From contig JBGANV010000004.1 of NCBI GenBank assembly GCA_044222185.1, forward strand, positions 416,001 to 480,000: 64,000 nt of DNA, written 5' to 3'. This document shows, piece by piece, positions 9,808 through 20,005 of this stretch. The notes under the pieces were generated by a model, which searched no databases, was not told the origin of the DNA, and saw nothing but the letters and a program-made list of their open reading frames with translations. The position numbers and the translations under genes were made by a program. Source of the DNA: Planctomycetota bacterium. Lineage in GTDB: Bacteria; Planctomycetota; GCA-002687715; CAIWVZ01. Each line of letters begins with the position of its first letter. Position 1 is the stretch's first letter.

Positions 9808-11064
9808 ATGTCGATCGCCTTGCGATCTGCCGTCATCTCTCTGGCCCTGATGGCCGCGCTCCCCGCGCAGTCCGCACCTGAGAACCCGGGCTCGAGAACG
9901 GCGTCCACCCGCACGATCACGGTCCCCGGGCTCGCGGGCGGCAACGCATCCGTCTCCGCGTTGGTGACATACCCGGCAACCAGCGCAGCGGCAAACGCGC
10001 CCCTGGACCTGAGTGCGTGCCCGTGCCCGGTCATCGTGTTCGGCCATGGGTTCTCGCTGACCGCGGACCTCTACGCCACGCTCTACTCACACTGGGCGAG
10101 CCAGGGCTGGGTCGTCGTCGCGCCGACGACCGAGCAGGGACTCTTCGCCGGCAACCTCCCAAGGTTCATCCTGGACATGGAAGCCGCCCTCATCGGGTTG
10201 CGGACGGCGTCGCAGGCATCGGGGAATCCGCTGCTCGGCGCCGTCACGCCCGCAGTGCGCGCGATCGCCGCGGGACACTCCTTTGGGGGCGCGGGCGCGC
10301 TCGTCGCCGGTTCGACTCGCCCCGACCTCTTCGCGGCCGTGGTCACCCTCGCTGCCACGTCCACGTCACCGCAGGGGGTCGACATCCTCGGCGCCGCCGC
10401 GGGCTCCTCCCTTCCTGCGCTCCACGTGGGCGCCTCGACCGACACGATCGTGCCGCCTCCCCAGAACCTGGACCCGATCTACGCCGCGACCCCTGCGACT
10501 CGGATCCTCGTCGAGATCTCGGGCGGCACGCACAGCTACTTCCACGAGGCGTGGTACCTCGATCGCCTGACCGAATCCCCGGGCGCGATCACCGTGGCGC
10601 AACAACAGCTCCTGGTCCGCCGCTACGCGACGGCGTTCATGCAGTGGCAGGCCCGCGGGGACGTGCGCTGGCTCGACGCGCTCGTCGGACCCGCTGCCCG
10701 GAGCGACGCGCGGCTTTCGCGTCATCAACTGGCGCTGGGTGCTCCTGTCCTGTTCGCCGAAGCACCGCCCGCGAGCGGACAGACGTACGTCGTGCATCCC
10801 CAGTGGGCCGCCGGCGATGGGGTCGTATTCGCCCTGTCGTTCATCGCCGCCGACGTCCCGACGCCGTTCGGGGCGCTCCTCGTCGACCCCATGACGGCCA
10901 CGATCATCGACCTGGGGACGACGAATCCGCAGGGATTTGCCACGCTTTCCGCGACCATGCCCGGGGGCGCGCCCTACCAGGGCCTCACGGCATTCAGCCA
11001 ATGCCTGATGCTCCATTCGGGGACACTCCGGCTTTCGAACCTGTTGACGACGACGATCCCATGA
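9808..11064 (+). CDS. Secreted alpha/beta hydrolase (chlorophyllase/cutinase-like) with C-terminal accessory domain
   Basis: Signal peptide; GHSFGG nucleophile, DTIVP acid, GGTHSYF His. Confidence 0.85.
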   Translation: MSIALRSAVISLALMAALPAQSAPENPGSRTASTRTITVPGLAGGNASVSALVTYPATSAAANAPLDLSACPCPVIVFGHGFSLTADLYATLYSHWASQGWVVVAPTTEQGLFAGNLPRFILDMEAALIGLRTASQASGNPLLGAVTPAVRAIAAGHSFGGAGALVAGSTRPDLFAAVVTLAATSTSPQGVDILGAAAGSSLPALHVGASTDTIVPPPQNLDPIYAATPATRILVEISGGTHSYFHEAWYLDRLTESPGAITVAQQQLLVRRYATAFMQWQARGDVRWLDALVGPAARSDARLSRHQLALGAPVLFAEAPPASGQTYVVHPQWAAGDGVVFALSFIAADVPTPFGALLVDPMTATIIDLGTTNPQGFATLSATMPGGAPYQGLTAFSQCLMLHSGTLRLSNLLTTTIP

Positions 11065-11636
11065 GAATCACCGCACACCTGTGTCTCCGACTTCGCCGGT
11101 TCGCGGTGCTGTGCGCCCTCGCGGCGTCTCTCGTCGCCTGCGGCAGCACCTACGCGCGGCGCGACCCCTTGGGCGAGATGTTCCCGACGGTCTCGGGCAG
11201 ATCCCTCGCGGGACAGCCACGCAGCCTTCCGGCGGACTTCCGCGGCGAGCCCGTCCTGTTGTTCATCGGGTTCGAGCAGCAGACCCAGTTCGACATCGAT
11301 CGCTGGTTGCTCGCCCTCGACCAGGCCGGAGTGCACATCACGATCTACGAGCTTCCGACGATCCCCGGGCTCCTCCCTGGCCTGTTCGCCTCGAAGATCG
11401 ATGAGGGCATGCGCAACGGAATTCCCTCGGAAGAGTGGGCCATCGTCGTCACGATCTACGACGACGCCGACACCGTCGCCCAGTTCGTCGGCAACGCCAA
11501 CGGGCTTCCGGCGCGCGTCGTGCTCCTCGACCGCACCGGGAGGGTGGCGTTCTTTCACGATCGGGGATTCTCGGTGAACACGCTGAAGAACCTGACCGAG
11601 GCCATCGGTCGGTGTGCGCCTCGCGCGTCAGAATGA
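11061..11636 (+). CDS. Putative lipoprotein, thioredoxin-like fold
   Basis: Lipobox-like LVAC; FPTVSGRSL..LP.DF.G; VVLLDRTGRV. Confidence 0.75.
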   Translation: MRITAHLCLRLRRFAVLCALAASLVACGSTYARRDPLGEMFPTVSGRSLAGQPRSLPADFRGEPVLLFIGFEQQTQFDIDRWLLALDQAGVHITIYELPTIPGLLPGLFASKIDEGMRNGIPSEEWAIVVTIYDDADTVAQFVGNANGLPARVVLLDRTGRVAFFHDRGFSVNTLKNLTEAIGRCAPRASE

Positions 11637-11685
11637 CGCCGAGTTCGGCTTCTCGGCCCCGGATCCCTGCCGTACAGTTTCGCCC

Positions 11686-12726
11686 ATGAGCGAAACACCC
11701 GTGCGTCTCACGTCTCTCTCGCCCGGCGGCGGTTGAGCCTGCAAGATCGGTCCCAGTGACCTGGCGCAGGTCCTGCGCCACGTACCGCTGATGAGCGATC
11801 CGAACGTCCTCGTCGGAATCGAAACCGGTGACGATGCGGCGGTGTATCGCACTCCGTCCGGTGATTTGATCGTCGCGACGCTGGATTTCTTCACACCCAT
11901 CGTCGACGACCCTTACGACTTCGGCCGGGTTGCGGCGGCGAACTCGCTCTCCGACGTGTACGCCATGGGCGGCCGGCCCCTCTTCGCGCTCTCGATCGTC
12001 GCCTATCCCGTGAAGCAGGGCATGGAAACGCTGGGGCGCATCATGGAAGGCGGGTCGGCGATCGCGCGCGAGGCGGGGATCCCGATCCTGGGCGGCCACT
12101 CGATCGACGACCCGGTGCCCAAGTTCGGCCTCGTCGGCATCGGCGTGGTCGACCCGAAGAACCTGGCCGCGAACCGGGGCGCGCTCCCCGGCGATGCGCT
12201 GTATCTGACGAAGCCCCTCGGTTCGGGCGCCATGACGGGGGCGATCAAGAAAGGCCTCCTTTCATCGGAGGACGTCGCCCTCGTGACGAAGGTCATGGCG
12301 ACGCTCAACAAGGCCGGGGCGGAAGCCATGAACGAAGTGGGCGTCAGCGCGGCCACGGACGTGACGGGTTTCGGATTGCTCGGCCATCTCCAAAAGATCA
12401 TGGCTGCCTCGGGCACCGAGGCGCACGTGCGCCTCTCCGAACTCCCGATCATGCCGGCTGCGCGGCGTCTGTACGAGCAGGGCGCCGTGCCCGGCGGCAC
12501 GAAGCGGAACCTGGAGTACTACGGCGGCTCGCTCAAGTCCGACCTCCCGCTCACGGACGCCGACAAGTTCGCCATCGCGGACGCGCAGACGAGCGGCGGC
12601 CTGCTGGTCTCTATCCCGTCGGCGCGGGCCGCCGCGTTCGAGGCGGCCCTTCGCGTTCGCGGCGTCCCGGTCCACCGCATCGGCGACGTCTATTGCGGAG
12701 AGCCGGGGGTCGTCCGCGTCGTCTGA
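11686..12726 (+). CDS. selD: Selenide, water dikinase (selenophosphate synthetase), selenocysteine-containing
   Basis: MSETPVRLTSLSPGGG-TGA-ACKI (TGA at 11734-11736, in frame with ORF 11791); DDAAVY, DFFTP, ANSLSDVYAMGG, TDVTGFGLLGH, DAQTSGGLL. Confidence 0.95.
11762..11780 (+). promoter_or_regulatory. Putative bacterial SECIS hairpin
   Basis: TGGCGCAG-GTC-CTGCGCCA stem-loop with its loop ~33 nt after the UGA; resembles the GCAGGUCUGC apex of the fdhF SECIS. Confidence 0.7.
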
Positions 12727-12801
12727 CCCGGGCCACCGCGACGCGGCGCCCGGAGTAAGATCGCGCCGGCTCCCTGCGACCGCCGGGTGAGAGTGCGCGC
12801 G

Positions 12802-15693
12802 ATGCCGATGCCGGAAGACGACCTCCCGGATCTCCTCGAAGAGATCTTCGAACGCCGCGACCGCGGGGAGGATCGGACCTCCGATGGCGGCGGAGATCGC
12901 GGGCCGGAGTTCTCGTCGATCCTCGCGCGTGCGCTCGATCTCGAGCGGCTCCTCCTGGACGGAGCCGGCCCGGGAGAGGGATCGATTGTCGGCCCTTACC
13001 GGCTGGTCACCTGCCTCGGGCGCGGCGGCATGGGAACGGTGTGGCGAGCGGCGGACCTGGAGGTCGGCCGCTTCGTGGCGTTGAAGCTGATCTCCGTCGA
13101 TCCGCTGGACCCGGACCGATCGCTCGGACGCGCGATCCGCGAAGCCGAGGCAGCGGGCCGGCTCGACCATCCGAACATCGTCGGCGTCCATGCGGCCGGC
13201 AGCGCGGGCGCGCTCCGTTACATCGCCATGGATCTCGTCGACGGCGGATCCCTCGCACAGGCCATCACGCGATCGCGGGAGGCCAGCACGCCGCTCGAAG
13301 TCTCCTGGGTCGCGGGAATCGCCGCCGACGTCGCAAATGCCCTCGCGCATGCGCATCGAGCGGGAGTCATCCACCGGGACGTGAAGCCAGGCAACATCCT
13401 CTTGACCTCCACGGGACATGCGCGGCTCACGGACTTCGGCCTCGCCTCCGTCGAGGGTTCGCCGCGGCTCACGGCGTCCGGCGACCGGCTCGGTACCGCG
13501 TATTACAGGGCGCCGGAGGTCATCCTCGGGCATGTTCCTCGCGGCGACGCATCGGCGGACGTCTACGCGCTCGGCGTCACGCTCTTCGAGTGCCTCGCGC
13601 TGCAGCGTCCGTTCGAGGGACGCACGGCTTCCGAGGTCGACCTGGCCGTCGTCGCCGGTGCCGCACCGCAGCTGCGAAAACTGCGGGCCGAGGTTCCTCG
13701 CGATCTCGAGACGATCGTCTCGACGGCGATGGACCGGGATCCCAGGCGACGCTATGCGTCGAGTGCGGATCTCGCGGACGACCTCCATCGTTTCCTCACG
13801 TTCCGCCCGATTCGCGCACGTCCGCCGTCCTGGGCGCGGCGGGCGGCGCTCCTCGCGCGTCGCCGACCCATCGCTGCGTTCACTTCGGTCGCGGCGCTGA
13901 TCGCCTGCTGCTGGTTCGGTCTGACGATGCTCGCCGACCACCGGCGTCGCACCGAGTCGGTTGCGCGCGAGCGGTCTGCCGCCGAAGCTGCATGGGACGC
14001 GGGCGAATTCCGACTCGCCGCCATGCATCACGAGCGCCTGTTGGCACTCGTTCCCGACGACGTGATTTCCCTGGATCGGGTCCGACAGGTCCGCCGCGAG
14101 GACGCCCTCGATCGCGCGTTCCTCCACGCGGGGATGTTCGTCGGGTGGGGGAGGCTCGCTTCGGGCGACCTTCCCCGCGCTCGCGAGGCACTGGCCCAGG
14201 CGGAGTCGTGTGGAGATGCCGATGGGACGGTGGCGGTGTTGCGCGTGCTCGTCGAACTCACGTTCCGCCATGACGAGGAGGCGCGCGGCCTCCTGCCGGC
14301 GGCGCAGGCGCGCACGCACCCGATCGTCGGGAGGCGGTTGTCGAATCTCGTGACGCGCGTAAGCCGCGGTCCACCCGACTCGGCTCCCGTCGCGGATCTG
14401 GACGACGGCGCGACCCCGGCGACGGACCTCCAACTCGCCGTGATCCTCGCCGTGGACGGACATCACCAGGAGGCCTCGCGACATGCGGAGCGCGTCCTGA
14501 GATCGGCCCCACGATCTCTCTGGCCTCTGGTGTTCTTCGCGGCGACCGATTCGGCGCGCCACGACTTTCGCACGGCGGTAGCGCGTGCGACGCACGGGCT
14601 CTCGCTTCGACCCGACTTCTACCCGTTGATCCACCTGCGACTCCACGCGCTCTGCCGCCTCGGGGCGTTCGACCTCGCCCAGCTCGATCTGGAGCGCCTC
14701 GGCGCGCTGGCACCTCGCTGCACGTACCTCGCGTCGCGACTGATGTTCCTCTGGATCACCGATCGGCGCGCCGAGGCGCGCCTCGCGGCCGACGAGGCCG
14801 TCGCCGAATGCCCCGACGATCCGGCCATCGCGGGGAACGCGTCGGAGGTCTTCTCCGCATCGCGGGACCTGGACCGCGCATGGGCGCTGGCGGAGCGCGC
14901 GATGACGCTCTCCGGCGGGGCGACCGACGACATGCTGAGGGCTGCCAAGGTCCGCCGGCGCCAGGGACGCGAGGCGGAGGCCCGAATCCTCTTCGAGCGA
15001 GCCTATGGGCTTGCACCGGAGACGCGTTCCGAGCGCATCGAATACGCCCACTGCCTGGGCATGCTCGGCGACACCGCCGGTGCGCGTCGCGAGATGGATG
15101 CGTTGCTCGCCGTCGACCCGCGGGACGTCGAAGCGCTCTGCGCGCGCGGCCGGCTCCGCGGCATCGTCACGGGCGATCCGAAGGGAGCCGAGGAGGATCT
15201 CACCCGGGCCTCGCAACTTCGCCCCGACGACACGGCCCTGCTGGCGGAGGTCCACGGCGTCGCGGCCCTGGCGCGGACCGGCACGGTCGAGGGCTACGCC
15301 CACGCGGTCGTCGCCGCGGCAGTGGCCCCGCGATCCGAGCGTCGTCTCGTGACCGAGTCGGCGCGAGTCGCCTCGGCCTTCGTGGCCGCGGCGTCGGACG
15401 AGCACGAGGACGTCTCGGCGCTCGAACTGTGCGCGGTCGCCGCGCGGGCGATGGCGGGCAGGGATCGCGACCTGGCGCTCCACAACTTCGAGCGTGCCGC
15501 GGCCCGGCAAGGCCTGCCTGCGGCGAGCACCGACGCTGCGACCCGGCTCGCGACCACCCTCGAACTCGGCCGCCTCGCGGAGCAATTGGGCCGGATCGAG
15601 GACGCGCGCCGTCAGTTCGGCGACGCGCTCCGGATCGAGTCCCGCTGCGTGTCGGCCGCCGACGCGCTGAGGCGTTGCGGGGGACGCCCATGA
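12802..15693 (+). CDS. Ser/Thr protein kinase with TPR repeats
   Basis: LGRGGMGTV, VALK, HRDVKPGN, DFG, APE; hydrophobic segment followed by TPRs. Confidence 0.92.
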   Translation: MPMPEDDLPDLLEEIFERRDRGEDRTSDGGGDRGPEFSSILARALDLERLLLDGAGPGEGSIVGPYRLVTCLGRGGMGTVWRAADLEVGRFVALKLISVDPLDPDRSLGRAIREAEAAGRLDHPNIVGVHAAGSAGALRYIAMDLVDGGSLAQAITRSREASTPLEVSWVAGIAADVANALAHAHRAGVIHRDVKPGNILLTSTGHARLTDFGLASVEGSPRLTASGDRLGTAYYRAPEVILGHVPRGDASADVYALGVTLFECLALQRPFEGRTASEVDLAVVAGAAPQLRKLRAEVPRDLETIVSTAMDRDPRRRYASSADLADDLHRFLTFRPIRARPPSWARRAALLARRRPIAAFTSVAALIACCWFGLTMLADHRRRTESVARERSAAEAAWDAGEFRLAAMHHERLLALVPDDVISLDRVRQVRREDALDRAFLHAGMFVGWGRLASGDLPRAREALAQAESCGDADGTVAVLRVLVELTFRHDEEARGLLPAAQARTHPIVGRRLSNLVTRVSRGPPDSAPVADLDDGATPATDLQLAVILAVDGHHQEASRHAERVLRSAPRSLWPLVFFAATDSARHDFRTAVARATHGLSLRPDFYPLIHLRLHALCRLGAFDLAQLDLERLGALAPRCTYLASRLMFLWITDRRAEARLAADEAVAECPDDPAIAGNASEVFSASRDLDRAWALAERAMTLSGGATDDMLRAAKVRRRQGREAEARILFERAYGLAPETRSERIEYAHCLGMLGDTAGARREMDALLAVDPRDVEALCARGRLRGIVTGDPKGAEEDLTRASQLRPDDTALLAEVHGVAALARTGTVEGYAHAVVAAAVAPRSERRLVTESARVASAFVAAASDEHEDVSALELCAVAARAMAGRDRDLALHNFERAAARQGLPAASTDAATRLATTLELGRLAEQLGRIEDARRQFGDALRIESRCVSAADALRRCGGRP

Positions 15694-16310
15694 CGGACGA
15701 CGCCGTCGACATCACGACGATCGAGCGCGCGCAGCGTGGCGACGACGCGGCCCGTGACGCCCTCTTTCGCGGCAGCTACGAGGCCGTCGTCGCGCTGGTG
15801 AAGTCCGGCATGTCCAACTTCCTCCGGTCGCGGGAGGAATCGGCGGACGTGGCGCAATCCGTGTTTCGCCAGATCATCGTCTCGGATGCCTTCGTCCGTG
15901 CGCAGTTCACCGGGCCGGACGCGTTCAACCGGTGGTTGACGGCCGTGGTGCAGAACAAGCTCGTCGATCACGCGCGGACGTTTGCAGCGGCAAAGCGGGG
16001 GTCCGGCACCGTGGGCTCGCTCGGCCCGCCCACCGATTCCGAGGGATCGGCGGGAGCTCCGACCGGCGTCGCGGATCCTCGCGGCATCTCGCCGCTCTCG
16101 GCAGCGGAGCAATCGGAGACGGTCCGCCTCGTTCGCGAGATGCTGCCCGAGCTGCCCTCGGACGACCACCGCGCCGTGATCGAGATGCACTACTTCGCGC
16201 GGCTGGGAACCCCCGAGATCGCGGCGCGGCTGCGCGTCGACGAGAGGCGCGTTCGGCGCCTGCGCGCCGAAGCGCTGGCCATGCTGGCCCAGCGGTTCGA
16301 CGTGCGGTGA
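15690..16310 (+). CDS. ECF sigma factor coupled to the upstream kinase
   Basis: DVAQSVF, FNRWL..NKL, region-4 EIAARL; ATGA overlap with the kinase stop. Confidence 0.88.
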   Translation: MTDDAVDITTIERAQRGDDAARDALFRGSYEAVVALVKSGMSNFLRSREESADVAQSVFRQIIVSDAFVRAQFTGPDAFNRWLTAVVQNKLVDHARTFAAAKRGSGTVGSLGPPTDSEGSAGAPTGVADPRGISPLSAAEQSETVRLVREMLPELPSDDHRAVIEMHYFARLGTPEIAARLRVDERRVRRLRAEALAMLAQRFDVR

Positions 16311-16328
16311 CGATGGGTTGCCGCCGCT

Positions 16329-17990
16329 TCAGAACGGGCAGGGCGTCGGGACGGTCGCCGTGTACTCGACGGTCCACGAACGATCGAGGAACGACGTGCG
16401 GGCGGCGTTCCGCAGGAAGAACACGAGGTCGAGCGCCAGGCCCGGCGGCACGCACCCAAGACAGAGGTCGACCCGCGCCGATCCCTGCGGATCGAGCGAC
16501 TGCGTGAGCGTCGCGCTGGGCTCGACGGTGGACAGCCAATTGAAGAGCGCGTCCATCCCGAGCCCGAAGAATGGTCCGATTCCGTTGGAGGGTGTCGTCG
16601 ACACGAAGAAGCTCTCGACGTTCGCAGCGTTCGGCGGGCCCGCGTTGAGGATGATCGTGAGCCCGGAGCCGGTCCACGTGGCGTTGATGCGCGCGTCCAG
16701 GCGATCGCCCAGGCCCGCGCCGTCCGCGAAGTTGGCGTTCACGGCCCCCATGGTGCGGCCGAAGACACCCCTCCAGTCGGCGCCCGTGTTCGTGTCGACG
16801 GGCATCCCGACGGTCGCGAGTCGCCGGGCGATGGCGCCGTCTCCGTTCGTCTGGCAGGTGCGGCCGGCGATCCCCGTGAAATCCTGCCAGTGGGACGGCG
16901 CCCGCGGGTTGTTGTGCGCGACGCCGGGAACTTCGGGCAGCTGCTCGCACGGTGGGAGGGCGGCGTCGAACCCGGAGGTGCGCACGATGTCCACGAGACG
17001 TGCATTGTTGTCGTAGAGCGCGCAGTCGTACTCCTCGCGCTCGAAGGGAAGATCGCCGCCAGCCGCCAAGGCCAGGTTCACGTAGGGCACCGCCAGTGGT
17101 TTCTCCGGCGGCGGTGCGGCGCCGTCGCCGATCACGAGGAAGCCGAAGGCCGGGATGACGATCGGGCCCGGGAACGGCCGGATCACTTCGTGGGTCCCGC
17201 CGTGGCGGTCGCTGCAGAGCAGGAACCAGCCCTGCAGGTTGATCCCGACCGGCGTCCGGTTGAAGAGCTCCACGTAGTCCGGTGCATCGTCGATCTCGCT
17301 GACCATGACGTTGCCTGCGAATGAGCCGTCGCCGCCGACGATGCCGTTCAGGCCACGGGAGTCCACGCCGCGCGTCGTGTTGCTGCTGCGATTCTCCCAG
17401 CCCATGCTGCGGTCGGGTTGCTCGGTCCAGTCGAATCCGCCGTCGGAGTCGAGCCCCCAGACGCGTTCGACGCCCACGGCGTTGGCGGCCGCGAACGTCC
17501 CGCGCGTCGCCATTCCGAAGAACGTGCCCGGGAGCGGGCCTCCGGCTAGCGCGGGCGCGGCGCCGATGCTGCTCGAGATCACCACCTTGTCGACGGCTCC
17601 TCCGCCGGCGTTCAGGAGCGCAACCTCGAGCGCTTGCGTCGTCGTCGTGACGGACGGAAGTATCGAGAAGACCTGCGTTGGCGGGACGACTTCGCCGAGA
17701 ACCAGCGCGCTCGACTCCCGGACGACGACGCTCTCGCCGGATTGGAGCACCGTCCCCGCGGGGAACACGGCGATGACCGGCGCCGGCATGGGATCGTGCT
17801 GCCACACGACGCGCCACCCGGTGATCGTCACGGGGGCGCAGTCGAAGTTCGTGATCTCGACGCAGTCGGGGTCGCCGTAGCTGACCTCCGTGATCATCAC
17901 CTTGCGGAACGGGTTCGTCTGGGTCGACTGCGCGGCGGTCGGGATGGCGGCGAGGACGGCGAAGACGAGGCTGAGCGTGCGTGATGCCAT
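16329..17990 (-). CDS. Secreted protein with two lamin-tail-like domains
   Basis: Signal peptide; VMITEV..DCVEITN and VMVSEI..DYVELFN repeats. Confidence 0.8.
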   Translation of the reverse strand: MASRTLSLVFAVLAAIPTAAQSTQTNPFRKVMITEVSYGDPDCVEITNFDCAPVTITGWRVVWQHDPMPAPVIAVFPAGTVLQSGESVVVRESSALVLGEVVPPTQVFSILPSVTTTTQALEVALLNAGGGAVDKVVISSSIGAAPALAGGPLPGTFFGMATRGTFAAANAVGVERVWGLDSDGGFDWTEQPDRSMGWENRSSNTTRGVDSRGLNGIVGGDGSFAGNVMVSEIDDAPDYVELFNRTPVGINLQGWFLLCSDRHGGTHEVIRPFPGPIVIPAFGFLVIGDGAAPPPEKPLAVPYVNLALAAGGDLPFEREEYDCALYDNNARLVDIVRTSGFDAALPPCEQLPEVPGVAHNNPRAPSHWQDFTGIAGRTCQTNGDGAIARRLATVGMPVDTNTGADWRGVFGRTMGAVNANFADGAGLGDRLDARINATWTGSGLTIILNAGPPNAANVESFFVSTTPSNGIGPFFGLGMDALFNWLSTVEPSATLTQSLDPQGSARVDLCLGCVPPGLALDLVFFLRNAARTSFLDRSWTVEYTATVPTPCPF

Positions 17991-18137
17991 GGGATGCTCC
18001 TCTGGGGGACGAGGAGTCAACGGAATCCCTGGGCAGGCCGGCAGAAAACTCCGGAAATGCCGGCGGCGGGGTGCCCCGGCTCTGGTTCGGCTGCAGACCG
18101 GGCCCCACTCCGGGGCAGGACTCGCGCGGTCCGCGCC

Positions 18138-19457
18138 CTACTTCAGCGTCATCGGCGCCCAGGTCTTGGGCGTCGTCGCCAGGTTGGCGTCGCCGGGGAA
18201 GCTGCGCACGTCCGTCGTGCGGGCGCCGTTTGCCTGGAACGCGATCCGGCCCTTGCGCGGAAGCTCGCCGGGCAGGAACCGCGACAGGTCCAGGCCGATC
18301 TCCGCCGTCCAGTGCTTCTTGTCCTCGGTCTTGGCGAACGCCGTGATGCCCTTGTCGTCCGTGTCCTCCCAGCCCTTCAGACCGCCCCGCTGGACGATGA
18401 TGGGCGCCCGTTGTGGGTTCTTCGGACAGAACGAGATGCGGTAGCAGTGCTGGTCCGGTGTTCGCGCGGCCTTGCCGCTGCCGTCGATGAAGACGACGAC
18501 TTCGTTCAGGCGGATGTATCGCTCGGGAATGTCGAAGGCGACGTCCAGTCGCTTCGTCGTGTGCGAGATGCGGACCGTCGCGTCCGACGAGTTCGGGATC
18601 GGGATCTTCGCGACCGCCGGGTTCGACGCCTCGCCATCACTCAAGTCTCCGTCGATGATGACCGTCTTGCCTTCGCCCACTTCGAGTGCGGGGGGCGTGC
18701 TCAGCGCGGTGTCCAGCCAGGTCACGATCGACGCTTCGATCGACGTGACCCGGCCGAGCATGAACGTCCCGTGGATGTCCGTGCCCGGGACGACGCGCAG
18801 TTCGGCGTCGTCGTACGCGAGAACCTGCTTCAACTGTTTGGGGCCTTTTCCCGACTCCTCCTCCGACGTGAGGATCAGGACGGGGCGGGGGGGCATGGCC
18901 TTGGCGTGTTCCAGGCTCGGCACTCCCAGGTAGTCGACGCCCGGTGTCATGAGCACGAGCGCCCGTGGACGATCCTTCGACCGCGTCGCCAGGTGGATCG
19001 CGACTGACGCTCCGACGCTCGCACCCACGACTCCGATCTTCCCAGCCGGGGCGCCGCGCTCGACGAGGAGCTTCATTCCCGCGTCCACGTCCATCCACAT
19101 CTTCAGGAACGGATTGGGCTCGGGCACGCTCGCGGTTCCGCGTTCGATCGACACCGGCTTGCCGTCCTTGTCGTTCACCGAGTCGCCGTGGCCGCGCGGG
19201 TCGATCGCGAGTGCGAGATATCCGGCGAGGGCGAGCCGGGTCTGGAGACCGGCGAAGGCGCCGCGGCTCGACTTGTACATCGGAACGAGGACGATGCCGC
19301 CCGCGGGAGGTCCGTTCGGCCGGGCCAGCGTCCCGATGATGGGCTGGCCGTCTTCCGCGGTCATGGTCACCCGCTCCTGCGCGAGCGACGCGCCAGCGGT
19401 CAGGAGAACGAGGCCGAGTGCGAGCGGGAATGGAAGCCGTGTGCAGGTTCGTGTCAT
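18138..19457 (-). CDS. Secreted alpha/beta hydrolase with C-terminal CBM9/DOMON-like domain
   Basis: DPRGHGDS, GASVG, HGT; C-terminal IDGDLSD..WTAEI. Confidence 0.8.
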   Translation of the reverse strand: MTRTCTRLPFPLALGLVLLTAGASLAQERVTMTAEDGQPIIGTLARPNGPPAGGIVLVPMYKSSRGAFAGLQTRLALAGYLALAIDPRGHGDSVNDKDGKPVSIERGTASVPEPNPFLKMWMDVDAGMKLLVERGAPAGKIGVVGASVGASVAIHLATRSKDRPRALVLMTPGVDYLGVPSLEHAKAMPPRPVLILTSEEESGKGPKQLKQVLAYDDAELRVVPGTDIHGTFMLGRVTSIEASIVTWLDTALSTPPALEVGEGKTVIIDGDLSDGEASNPAVAKIPIPNSSDATVRISHTTKRLDVAFDIPERYIRLNEVVVFIDGSGKAARTPDQHCYRISFCPKNPQRAPIIVQRGGLKGWEDTDDKGITAFAKTEDKKHWTAEIGLDLSRFLPGELPRKGRIAFQANGARTTDVRSFPGDANLATTPKTWAPMTLK

Positions 19458-19630
19458 GGGATCGACTGCCGGGTGCTCCCCGAGCGGGCGGGATCATACC
19501 GCATCAGGCCTTCGCGCTGACGGGGATGCCCGGACGAGGCTGCCGGTGCCTGAGTCGTCGACCACCGCGCGCACGTCGCCCGCGCCTCCGTGCACACGGA
19601 GCGTGATCCGGGCCGGAGGGCGCCGACCCC

Positions 19631-20005
19631 TCAGGCGGGTCCGCCGACCTTGAGTGGGTCTCCAGGCTTGGGAAGGCCGGATCCGCAGAACAGGCAATGC
19701 GTCCGTCGTCCCCGGTTGCGCCGACCGCAGTCGTCGCAGGTCACCATCATCGCCCGCAGTCGTCCGTCGAGCCTGCCGTCGAGCACGTCGTATTCGCGGA
19801 TGCGCTCGAGGAGGTCTTCCTCGGTGACGTCCTGCTGATCGGGGCGCAGGCTCCACATGGCCATCGCCGCAAGCACGAGGCGATCCACGGTCTCTTCCAA
19901 TTCGCCGATGCGCGCACGCATGGCTTCCTCGGACTGCTCGATCCGTCGCGAATCGGTCCCACGTTCGTTGTGGCGCCGCTCCTGAAACCAGTTCCAGAAC
20001 TTCAT
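19631..20005 (-). CDS. Small coiled-coil/zinc-ribbon hypothetical protein
   Basis: CDDC..CLFCG and DVLDGRLDG; GGAGAGG upstream. Confidence 0.75.
   Translation of the reverse strand: MKFWNWFQERRHNERGTDSRRIEQSEEAMRARIGELEETVDRLVLAAMAMWSLRPDQQDVTEEDLLERIREYDVLDGRLDGRLRAMMVTCDDCGRRNRGRRTHCLFCGSGLPKPGDPLKVGGPA

Noticed and set aside
12418-12435. 18-bp palindrome inside selD
   Set aside because: Falls in an ordinary coding segment (EAHVRL); probably chance in GC-rich DNA
12262-15585. 1107-aa minus-strand ORF
   Set aside because: Antisense shadow of the kinase gene in GC-rich DNA; no motifs
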